Origin: Candidatus Bathyarchaeota archaeon
GTDB taxonomy: Archaea; Thermoproteota; Bathyarchaeia; 40CM-2-53-6
NCBI GenBank assembly: GCA_963833125.1
Contig: CAWHWX010000016.1
Location: 64,001 to 128,000 of the forward strand
Length of the DNA stretch: 64,000 nucleotides
Direction: 5' to 3'
Position numbers and translations under genes: made by a program. Of the stretch, positions 1 through 8,882 are shown in pieces. The first letter of the stretch is position 1; every line of letters begins with the position of its first letter. The notes beneath the pieces were generated by a model. It searched no databases, was not told where the DNA came from, and was given only the letters and a program-made list of their open reading frames with translations.

Positions 1-855
1 ATTCGGGCGAAAATCGAGATTTGGCGGAAGCGAGAAACACAACGCCTCTTCAATAGGGGTGCGATGTCTGGACTTCAGCCTAGCCCCCGAAATATTAGGC
101 TCGCTTTACTTGGAGTGCTTTCATTCTTTATCCCATATTCCATTATATTAATAATAATGGTTTCATGGGGAGCTTTGTATCGCGGAGTGCTATTCGTCAC
201 GCTTCTCTGCGCCCCCTACTTATATTTAACGTTACGCGCTTTCGGTGTTTACATGAAATTTATCAGAAATATGCTCACACGCAAAGCCCGTCGATTGATT
301 GACGACAAAATCAGGCAATCCGTCGGCGACGGCGAGCGGGATTTCAAGAAGGTCGAAGACCAGATTGCAAGCTCACTGATCAATGGAACGTCCGGGGTAA
401 CGAACGAATTGATTCGCGAGCGAGTTCAGGCCTACATCGAGGACGAATCCGAGCTTCAGCGAGAGGCTGAGGATGAGGTCATGAATTATCTTCAGCCTTT
501 ACCCAGGCACGCAAAGCGACTTTTGAACCGGCTGCGCCTGCTGTTGTTCGTTGCCCACGAACGAAGAATGTTCGGCGGAGCGCCCGAACTCACTGCCAGG
601 CACATCGGAAAATGGGCTGTTCTCTGCGAACGATGGCCTGAACTCGCACAGGCCCTAATCGATCATCCTGGGGCAACGGCTGAGTTGGAAGGCCGACCCG
701 GGAATGAGTCACCGCAAAAGGATAAGTACCATCGTACCCTCCAAAGCCTCGTGCCTGCTTACACCGACGATCCGGAACTTCAGGCATTCTTCCATAGCGG
801 AACTGAGCTGACCAAAATAATTGAGAGGCTTATCCACTTTGAGCCTGCGACGTGA
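1..855 (+). CDS. KAP-family P-loop NTPase, C-terminal part (5' partial)
   Basis: Frame is open from position 1. Two TM helices are followed by LPRHAKRLLNRLRL, matching the (N/L)PRxxKRxxN motif of KAP NTPases, then a helical tail (KWAVLCERWPE). Confidence 0.7.
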   Translation: MRAKIEIWRKRETQRLFNRGAMSGLQPSPRNIRLALLGVLSFFIPYSIILIIMVSWGALYRGVLFVTLLCAPYLYLTLRAFGVYMKFIRNMLTRKARRLIDDKIRQSVGDGERDFKKVEDQIASSLINGTSGVTNELIRERVQAYIEDESELQREAEDEVMNYLQPLPRHAKRLLNRLRLLLFVAHERRMFGGAPELTARHIGKWAVLCERWPELAQALIDHPGATAELEGRPGNESPQKDKYHRTLQSLVPAYTDDPELQAFFHSGTELTKIIERLIHFEPAT

Positions 856-1365
856 ACAGAACAGCAACCCCGGACTGGTGGCGCTTTTGCCGATCGCCAT
901 TTTCACCGCAATTGCGTGCGCGACGCCTGTTTCGCATTATGCAGTGTGGGCGATCCAAAAGCTTGGAATCAAATTTACGGTGTAACGGAGGGCCCGTGGT
1001 GAGGTCCTGCGAGACTGACAGTAACCGAAGGCGTCGCGCGGGTCGCCGGAAGGGAAGTTTATCGCGGCGTCGAGAATCGCATCGCAGAAGACATAGCTCC
1101 ACTAACTTCGCACCGTGCGATGGAGGGAATTGTGCCGCATCTCGTTGGGTCATCCGCCCTGGTCGCGGGATAGGAAGTGGATTTATATTGATTGCCTCGG
1201 ATGCCCGGATTACAGCTCGATATATCGAGCCTCGCGCCAGTAACATCAAGTTGGGACTCGCGGCCGGTTTGAGAAGTTTGACCCAGCCTAAGGGCGCGTA
1301 GGCGCTTGAGAAATGGCTTCGATCTATGCCATCCTTCAGTCCACCAGGTACAATCCCTCAGCGCA

Positions 1366-2306
1366 ATGCGGATAGAAAATCGAGCTCGATCAATGAGATC
1401 GCTTACATCGCGCGCAGAAGCGCAAGTTAGAGGCGAGGCCGAATGCCAAGCGCGAAAGGTCCCGTGGCCTGTGCTACTTGATGCCCGGAAACATATGTCG
1501 ATTGGGAGGCATTCACTCTTTGGGCGCGCGCCATCACTGAAGCGGAACAACAGATACCTGAATGGCTACGCAAGGTCGTCGAATCCCGATGCCCAGGTAT
1601 CACACCTCAGAAGGGCGAAAAGCTTTGGAAGAGTTTGGACAGATGGAAGCGCGAGATGATCTTCGAAAAACCAACTCGAGAAGGCTGGATGCGAGCCGTC
1701 AGCTTTTATGCTGTTCGAGACCTCACGTACGCACGGAAATGGGCATATTGGGAACACTGCGAGAGACTGTGGTCAGCGCGGCGTTCTTCCTTTTATCCTT
1801 CTTTTGAAGAATGGAAATCCGCGGTGGGAAACTGCGCCGACACGGTAATTGATTCCAGTGGGCTGCGGGAGGAGCGAAAGAAACTCGTGAAGGCAGCTCG
1901 TCTGGTCAGCTGCGAACAATTGCAGCGGGCCGTCGAATCTTATATCGAGCTCGAGGCCATCGCTTACTGGCTCAGGCCGATGGTCGAAGCTCGACTGTCG
2001 CTTCCCAGTAGCTTGGCCGAGGAGTTCAAAGCGCATTCTCCTTCCATCAGAATTAGTTCCGCGCGCGACTGGGATCAACTTTGGGATTGCATGCGACGCG
2101 CGGCTTTTCAGGAAGCTCAATGCGAAGGCTGGTTTGAACCTGTTGTTTACACTGCAGAACTCCACCCGCGGCGAGTGAAGGTTGCCGATTATTGGTCCTT
2201 CTACTGGGTGGATCATTGGCCCAAGGGCAATCCAGAATTGTTTCCTCCGTTCGAGCAGTGGCGTCGCGAGGCAGAGAATTACCTCCCAAACGAAGGTGCA
2301 AGCTGA
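1366..2306 (+). CDS. Trp-rich hypothetical protein with two tandem ~140-aa repeats (frameshift ~1490)
   Basis: Joining frame 1306..1490 to the frame of 1635..2306 gives two alignable halves (ARKVPW..YVDWEAFTLW..EGW..YPSFEEWK and ARLVSC..YIELEAIAYW..EGW..FPPFEQWR). The start is uncertain. Confidence 0.6.
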
Positions 2307-2332
2307 AACCGAAATTCAGCTTGTTCATTCGG

Positions 2333-3064
2333 TCAATACAACTTGCCTTCCCCGGCGCTTCTTTTTCCGGCGACAGACTTCTTGACACAGCTATTCAAGT
2401 GGCGACGGAATGCGTTGCCGTAGATCTTTCGACCGCAGCGATCGCAAACGAACATCTTGAAGCTTTGCTTCCTCTGTGCAAACCACTCGCGCGAGTGGTC
2501 TCCGTTTTCACGTAAACCGAGGTCGCGCAACCACAGCCGCAGGTCGGTTTCGAGTCGCCGGCAATCTATCTCGTCGCTATGACCTTCCAGGAATCGTTCG
2601 AGCGATCGGTCTTTGACCCGACCTTGGTAGAGGATCAGCCAGCCTAATTGAACCCACCGCCGCACCTTGCGAGGCGATACGTGAAGCGCCTGAGCCAGTT
2701 CACCCTGAGTGTAGCCGTCCTGAAACTTGGCGCTCTCGCGAGATCGCCAAAGCACCTGATACACGGCGCCAGGGGTTCGACCCAGACGTTTTGCTATGTC
2801 GGCGACCGAGAACTCGCGCGCGTGGTCCAAGACAAAAGATTTCTCCTCTTCCGTCCACGGGTTCTTCCAGCTGCTTAAGTCTAACTCCGCCGTCCGTCTG
2901 AGGATTTGAATTACATTGAGGTCGGGATCTTGTGCCTTGATTCGTTGAACGGCTATTTGCAACCTGGACGGCCCGCCGGCGGCTCCGGCTTTGAGGATTT
3001 CGTCCAGGTCCGAGTCCCAATTTGACCGGCGCGGGTGATTGGGAAACTGTGGTCCCGTGCTCAA
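2333..3064 (-). CDS. Multi-HTH DNA-binding protein with C-terminal C2HC Zn-finger
   Basis: Myb/HTH-like PWTEEE..IAKRLGRTPGAV; excisionase-like YTQGELAQALHVSPRKVRRWV; CDRC-x11-H-x3-C at the C-terminus. Confidence 0.65.
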   Translation of the reverse strand: MSTGPQFPNHPRRSNWDSDLDEILKAGAAGGPSRLQIAVQRIKAQDPDLNVIQILRRTAELDLSSWKNPWTEEEKSFVLDHAREFSVADIAKRLGRTPGAVYQVLWRSRESAKFQDGYTQGELAQALHVSPRKVRRWVQLGWLILYQGRVKDRSLERFLEGHSDEIDCRRLETDLRLWLRDLGLRENGDHSREWFAQRKQSFKMFVCDRCGRKIYGNAFRRHLNSCVKKSVAGKRSAGEGKLY

Positions 3065-3421
3065 TCGACACTCCTTCCTTGGCGCGAACGCAGGTGTGAT
3101 TTGGCAATCGACACTGCTGCGCGTATTTCCGATGGGCGAAGAGTGGAACCGAAGGACCGTGGGTCAGGAAGGACAAATCAAAAGGAAGCGATGTTGACAA
3201 TTATTATAAGTACGTTCGTCAAAATTCGATGACCCTCAGTGCCGGTTCGTCGTTCAAATGCCCTCATATAAGTTCCATTCTATATAGTTCCCGCATGCCA
3301 CTGAAACGTTAAAGCGAAATGTCAACTTTATTTTTCTTTATTTTTCTTTCACCCTGCGCTGGCAAGGCGTCTTGGCCTGATAATAACGGGTGTTCGCCTT
3401 GCGCCGGACCCGTTATCAGTC

Positions 3422-4126
3422 ATGCGAGAGAAAGACGACAGATCGAATCGAGCTTTCACTTCGCCGCCCGGACAATCGTCCGTCGAGCCAGACGACGAAT
3501 TCCTACTGAAAAATATTCGCACTGGCGACGACGCCAGCTTTGCAAAATTGGTAGCTCGTTATGAGCGCAGCATGATCAGGGTGGCGAGGGCGTACGTAAA
3601 AGATCAGGCCCTGGCCGAAGAGGTTGTACAGGAATCGTGGCTGGCTGTTATTAAGGGAGTGAGAGGATTCAAACACCACTCGTCGCTTAAGACCTGGCTA
3701 TTCAGCATCCTGGTCAACCAAGCCAAGAAGCGCGCGGCTCGGGAAACAAGGGAGTCGCCGGACAGCGTGTCGTATGTTGGCGCAGCCGAAGTGAGTTCAA
3801 ATTCATTCGACGCGTCGGGGGAATGGCGTTTCGAAACTCCATCGTGGGATTTAACGCCGGAAGCAGAGCTTCTCTCGAAAGAAGCTGCCGAGCACATCAG
3901 AAGGGCCATTGATTGTTTGCCGTTCAAGCAGCGGGTTGTGATTACGATGAGGGATCTTGAGGGCTGGACGTCCGACGAAGTGTGTTTGTTAATGCAAATC
4001 ACGAGTACCAATCAGCGAGTGCTCCTGCACCTTGCGCGAACGAAACTGGAACAGATGCTCGATTCCTACTTTTCGGAACGAAGAAAGGCCCCAGCAAGTC
4101 GGGAAACTGAAGGACCAAAGCAATGA
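3422..4126 (+). CDS. ECF sigma-70 family RNA polymerase sigma factor
   Basis: Region 2 (AEEVVQESWL, LKTWLFSILVN) and region 4 (LPFKQRVVITMRDLEG..EVC..NQRVLLH). Confidence 0.9.
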   Translation: MREKDDRSNRAFTSPPGQSSVEPDDEFLLKNIRTGDDASFAKLVARYERSMIRVARAYVKDQALAEEVVQESWLAVIKGVRGFKHHSSLKTWLFSILVNQAKKRAARETRESPDSVSYVGAAEVSSNSFDASGEWRFETPSWDLTPEAELLSKEAAEHIRRAIDCLPFKQRVVITMRDLEGWTSDEVCLLMQITSTNQRVLLHLARTKLEQMLDSYFSERRKAPASRETEGPKQ

Positions 4127-4455
4127 AGTGCATAGAAACTTTCGCCCGCGCGACCGACTATTTCGAGGGTGCCCTCGTACCATTCGAGAAACAGGAGATC
4201 GAGTCGCACCTGGCGACTTGCGAGAAGTGTCGCGGGCATTTCGAACATATTCGGCAAATGATCGCCGCGATGCGTAGCCTGCCGGAACCAACGACTCTAT
4301 CTCCAAAAGCGAAGGAACAAATCTTGGATGCCTTCAGGAAACAGCAATCTCAAATCTTGTTTTTTGGGATAACGAGCGTGCGCAGACTGGCGGTCGCGGC
4401 CGCGATAGGGATCGTACTTCTAGCAACAGTACTTTGGGTCATCAAGACGCGCCGA
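4123..4455 (+). CDS. zf-HC2 anti-sigma factor, truncated after the TM helix
   Basis: ATGA overlap with the sigma gene; HLATCEKC (HxxxCxxC) motif; TM helix ending ~4445. Downstream sequence belongs to an opposite-strand gene. Confidence 0.8.
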
Positions 4456-5109
4456 CTTGTTCAAACGAGCCAATGTTTTCGAGCAGCTGCTTTGTCAAGG
4501 TAATTGGAGTGAAGCGTATGTGCAAATGCTGTTCCAATGCCTCTGTGATGAGATCACGTTCCGCGACTGTGTGACAGCAGACCAGAGCTTTACGGGTGAC
4601 AACATCGATGAATATAAATCCTAGGTTCAGAGTGTAGACATGCTCTAAAACGGCGCTGGTAGACCAGTAGTGGATAATGTGGTGCCAGGTCACCTGCAAT
4701 TCAACAATCCTTGTTGTGGGATTCTCCACGGCAATGACTTGAAAATCCTTCAGTGGCGGCGTTGACAATTTCTTGAGCCTTGTGTTGATCGCGTCAAAAA
4801 ACACCGCTGCCTTTTGCTTTGCCTTCTTCGCGGTCTCCTCACCTTTTCCGTCCAGCGTGGCGACCATGAGATAGAAGCTCGGTTTGAAGGATATCAAGGC
4901 TTCTCCGACTCTCTGGAAAGACTTTCATCTTGGGTCGCGGCAAACGAGAGTTTCTCGGTTAGTGCGCTAGAGGAAGCTGCCGACGGATCGATAGCGAGAT
5001 ACCGGTTTGCTAAATCCCTCAACTGTTCCGCATTTTTTCCCTTAAGAGCGAGACAATGAGCGATTTTCAATCTTTTCTTGGTGCGGTCCCGGGAGCTGTC
5101 AGCCACTGT
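4455..5109 (-). CDS. Hypothetical protein (frameshift ~4897, 3' truncated)
   Basis: ORFs 4894..5148 and 4442..4897 join with a single-base correction (ESEKALISFKPSFYLM). Co-oriented with the 617-aa gene. Confidence 0.5.
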
Positions 5110-5364
5110 GGTACCTCCCGTAAGAAGTAAACGAATTCTTCGAGCCATCCTGCAAGAATTAATGGTAGCATTTCATCATCCTCTTCCCATCCGCCAGCTG
5201 AGACCTAAACTCCTTCAGATTCTCAGACTCTTCCGGCAAGCGCTTCGAAGCACTAAGTTGCCATAACTCTCGTGACACCCCGAACAGCCCCAGGAGGTCT
5301 CGTCGGCGCGAAACTGACGCCGATGAGGATCTGGCGAAGCACAGATACCGCTTCGGCTCGGCTT

Positions 5365-7218
5365 TCACCTATCTTTCGGAACGAAGACCACAAAGTTCGC
5401 TCCCAGCCTGTTGACATCAGCCTTGATTGAATTGAGCAATGCGTGAAGTTGCCGAATTCGAAGGATATCTCTCTCGTCTCTAGAGTTGAGCATATCGCGA
5501 GTTACATGCGGCTGAACAATTATGACTTCTCTTGACAGTTCGCTGTATGGGGCGTTGGCGATCATTTGGGGCAATTTGAACCATTGATTGTTCGGGAGAC
5601 TCTTCCCGTTTTTCCAGGCTCTCCGTATCTTCGCGGCTTCGAGCTTGGGCCGAAGAGCATCTGCGAGCACGGTCCTTTCCAGGTACCGAAGATTCTTGAG
5701 AGCCTGAGAGCAAACCACCTCAAACGGAGCAACTGCTACCTTCCGCATGGATTTGGCACTTCCTGCTGCTTTAACGTGAATCAACCTTAGGACTGACCCT
5801 TTGTCTCTTACGGTATCAAGGTTGATGAAATCTGCCACCTCGCCGGCTCCGTCGTCGCACCAAAGCCAGCCTTTGTTGAACTTGCGCCAGACCCAGGTGA
5901 ACAGGCTCTGATCGTCAGTACGGCCGGTGCGACCGGGATCCTCACCTTCCTTCTTCTGCGGGTTGCGATAGGGCTTTTCTCGGTCGATTTCAATATGTCT
6001 AAAGGGATCGAAGGAGAAATCTCGGAAAGGCATATCATGGACACGCGGCTGGAAGAATGAGCCATCCGAATATGTATGTTGAGATTCGTAATAGACCTTG
6101 AACAAGTCACGCTGCCTGCAGAGCTCGGCGAATTCATCGAGCTTTTCACGGAACTCCGGCTCCACGGAGGACACTTCAACAATTGGATCCCATTCATTCC
6201 GCGATGGCGCAAATGTGACCTTTATGATGCCAATCTTGTTTCTCTGTTGGCTGACCTCGAGTGAGAAGTTGGCACCGTCTGTGTCCACAATAGACCAGGT
6301 TCCTGACAGCCACCATTGTTCCACCAATCGGCTCGTTTCGGGGTCAGTCTCGACAAGCTGCTCCGGTGGAAGCAGGCCGACGTCGAACGCATTATTCACC
6401 TCGTCTAGCGAATCCATCTCATTAGCGATAATTGGTATGGGCGCTTTCTGTTTCTTGCTGTGGGCGACAAGTTCGAGGGTTCTTTGGGTATGCTGGATGA
6501 ACTCCTGCCAGTCGTGGGCAGGCCCAATCCACACCTTGGCTTGATGCGGCGAGACTCCAACCATCTCGGCGCCTATCGTTTGTGCATATCCGCCGGACCT
6601 GGCGGAGGTGAAGTGATAAGTTTGATCGCCTAGGGGATCAAGTCCGTCGCGGAGGTCCCGCCCACCTAAAACCTTGTTATCCGCCTTTACAGATACCGAG
6701 CGGTGCAATCCTGAAAGCCACAGAGTGCGAATAGGCCTTTCGCTCAGCAGTGCGTTCAATGACCCAGCCGAGACCGGGCTCAATGATGACCAAGCTCGAT
6801 AGCCGCCCTTGCTTGTCGCACTCGTGAAACGCTTTCCCAGCCCTTTGTCAGACGTACACAGGGCAAGGAGTCTGCCATTTGCCAAGAGTACAATCAGGTG
6901 GTTAACTTTGTCTCGAGGCCCGTCTGGCCCAAGGAACCAGGCCACTGGCAACTCCAGTTTATAGCTCATCGCTGCCACAGATTCATCCGACTTGCCTGAT
7001 TCGAAAGTGGCAATGGAGAAGGAGCCGGTTTTGCCCTTCAACCTGCGGGCAGCCTGCTTGATGATGAAGCGAGACTCTGTAAGCAATTTGCGAATGAAAA
7101 CTGGCTCAAGTTTGTCTTGGGCTTCGAACACCGTAAAAGACTTATAGGGCCGCAGCGCTTCGAATGAAATCTTGGCCATAAAGCTCTCACAAACGCCGTC
7201 TTCCGAGGAACGGCTCAC
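5365..7218 (-). CDS. 617-aa protein with C-terminal putative PD-(D/E)xK-like nuclease domain
   Basis: Long clean ORF with the motif series CDDGAGEVADF...LIHVK...EVVCSQALKNL. Nuclease function is inferred. Confidence 0.55.
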   Translation of the reverse strand: MSRSSEDGVCESFMAKISFEALRPYKSFTVFEAQDKLEPVFIRKLLTESRFIIKQAARRLKGKTGSFSIATFESGKSDESVAAMSYKLELPVAWFLGPDGPRDKVNHLIVLLANGRLLALCTSDKGLGKRFTSATSKGGYRAWSSLSPVSAGSLNALLSERPIRTLWLSGLHRSVSVKADNKVLGGRDLRDGLDPLGDQTYHFTSARSGGYAQTIGAEMVGVSPHQAKVWIGPAHDWQEFIQHTQRTLELVAHSKKQKAPIPIIANEMDSLDEVNNAFDVGLLPPEQLVETDPETSRLVEQWWLSGTWSIVDTDGANFSLEVSQQRNKIGIIKVTFAPSRNEWDPIVEVSSVEPEFREKLDEFAELCRQRDLFKVYYESQHTYSDGSFFQPRVHDMPFRDFSFDPFRHIEIDREKPYRNPQKKEGEDPGRTGRTDDQSLFTWVWRKFNKGWLWCDDGAGEVADFINLDTVRDKGSVLRLIHVKAAGSAKSMRKVAVAPFEVVCSQALKNLRYLERTVLADALRPKLEAAKIRRAWKNGKSLPNNQWFKLPQMIANAPYSELSREVIIVQPHVTRDMLNSRDERDILRIRQLHALLNSIKADVNRLGANFVVFVPKDR

Positions 7219-7398
7219 TCAGAGATAAGTGCGCACGGCCACTCCGAGTATTACCCGTCTTTGTCGGAAGGAATGCCCACGCCGTCGCGCTACCCTGCCC
7301 GAAGGAACAAAGTTGAGCCCCAGATGTCTCGCCGACAGATATTTAGGGAGGTAGATCACCTCGCGTCGCGAGCGGCCGTTCGCTTGGAATTCGGTCCG

Positions 7399-7990
7399 CT
7401 AGAAGTTCACCTCGGTATCGTGAAAAAACTCCCGGCCCTTCAGGCTTTGCGTAGAAAACAGCGTCAACTGCTGACGAAGCTCGCTGACCAGCGTCTTTCG
7501 TGGGACTTCCGTGTGGCTGGCTTCGGAACCATGTTTGTGTTCCATGGTTGACATCAGCGAAACTAAACGATTCGGCGCGTGCTGGTTCGTGGATTTGTTC
7601 TTAAACATTTTCCAAAGCGACTTTGGGGTCGCATTGCGACTCCCATGGTGCCCCACTTTGTACAAGTTGACGTTGGAGAGCAACGGCTTGAACTTGGCTT
7701 GGCTCAGCGCGAACTGCCAATTCTCGATTTGCGCATCACCCGGAAATAGCAGGCGTTCACGGCCTATCTGAAACAGGAGGATGACGCTCGTGTTGTTCAT
7801 TGCTTTATCAAGCATCCGTACGATCTCAAGTAGCTGTTCGCCGCGCGTCGTACGCGCGTGAAAAATTAGCCATCGAGCGTCTATGGGAAAGTTCGGACCT
7901 CGGCTTCGCAAGTATCGAGGAAAAATCGTTGCTCCTGTCGCCCCGCCGGATGCGGCGAATTGCATAGCATTCGCCTGCAATTGCCAGAAT
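7399..7990 (-). CDS. ComEC/Rec2-like MBL-fold hydrolase, C-terminal part (5' truncated)
   Basis: NNTSVIL, LFPGDAQ and YKVGHHGSRNAT motifs. The N-terminal HxHxDH motif is absent because the ORF is cut at ~7990. Confidence 0.75.
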
Positions 7991-7991
7991 T

Positions 7992-8588
7992 CACCGGCCT
8001 GATGAGGTCAGGTTACAGCTCGAACGCCTCGGATTAGATGTTCCAGCTTTAGAGACAGACGGGAAGTTCAGGATCATAGACTGGTACACGTTCCAACTAG
8101 GCCAAAAATCTAAAGAGCAATACGCGGCGACTTCCTTGAAGGTCGCGGATCTAAGCATACTATACTCCAGAACCATGATTGCAAAAAGCTCCACGCCCAT
8201 CGCAACTTTACCTGGCACATACAGTGGCGCTGGATGGACTGGTTGGAAGGTGGAGTCCAACGTCCTCAGAATCTCGGATGAGGAGTTGGTAATCTTAAGG
8301 TTCAATGATGAGAAAAGCTTCATCGACCTCTGGCGCACGCGAGAACTTCCGAGCGCATCTGCAACGAAGTCCACGCAGATTATTGGCGCTGTTAAGGGAG
8401 CATATTCTGATTACGTCTACAAGTCTATGGAAGCTTCAGTTGATGGCGTAATCGATTTCAAGCTAGATGAAACGACTGACCCTGCTCAAAACCTGCTTCG
8501 GATTAGGAGCCTAAAAAATGTCGGTTTCGACGGGCGGTGGAAACGGCTCAAGATCAACGAGAAATTCGATGTGACCCTAGACCAGTGA
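7992..8588 (+). CDS. RAD55/KaiC-like ATPase, C-terminal part (5' truncated)
   Basis: The frame extends upstream of 8136 (PDEVRLQLERLGLDV..FRIIDWYT..SLKVADLSI); also DGVIDFK and a C-terminal LRIRSLK motif. Confidence 0.75.
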   Translation, partial: HRPDEVRLQLERLGLDVPALETDGKFRIIDWYTFQLGQKSKEQYAATSLKVADLSILYSRTMIAKSSTPIATLPGTYSGAGWTGWKVESNVLRISDEELVILRFNDEKSFIDLWRTRELPSASATKSTQIIGAVKGAYSDYVYKSMEASVDGVIDFKLDETTDPAQNLLRIRSLKNVGFDGRWKRLKINEKFDVTLDQ

Positions 8589-8639
8589 GCGCCCTCTCTG
8601 GCGAAAACGTCGGGAGTGTACACCGTGTAGAGCTGAGAG

Positions 8640-8746
8640 CGCCGGGGGTGGGATTTGAACCCACGAGACCTTGCGGTCATCGGATTAGCAATCCGACGCC
8701 ATACCAGGTTGCCAGATCAGGGTTAGGATCTCTTGGCTACCCCGGC
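8640..8746 (-). tRNA. tRNA-Ser(GCT) with 23-nt non-canonical D-loop intron (8709-8731)
   Basis: Acceptor stem GCCGGGG/CCCCGGC, anticodon stem TCGGA/TCCGA around TTGCTAA, long variable arm GACC-GCAA-GGTC, T-arm GTGGG-TTCAAAT-CCCAC. The intron forms a bulge-helix-bulge. Confidence 0.95.
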
Positions 8747-8882
8747 AGCCGGCCGGTAGAGTCACCTACTATCTCATAAAATAGAGTTCTGTTGTGTGAC
8801 TAGTTGAGTAGAACGCTGATGAGGCGTAATCTGAGGCGATGGCTTTGAATAAACCCCTCTGTACGTATCAAACGAACTCTGC

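Noticed and set aside
830-1301. Overlapping 139-149 aa ORFs
   Set aside because: Arg-rich and motif-free on both strands; probably spurious.
5159-5368. 69-aa ORF overlapping the stop of the 617-aa gene
   Set aside because: No motif and shadow-like composition; cannot be supported as a gene.
1-7990. Bacterial island integrated near the archaeal tRNA-Ser
   Set aside because: No integrase or duplicated tRNA end, and genes on both sides of ~7990 are 5'-truncated; this fits a contig junction better.
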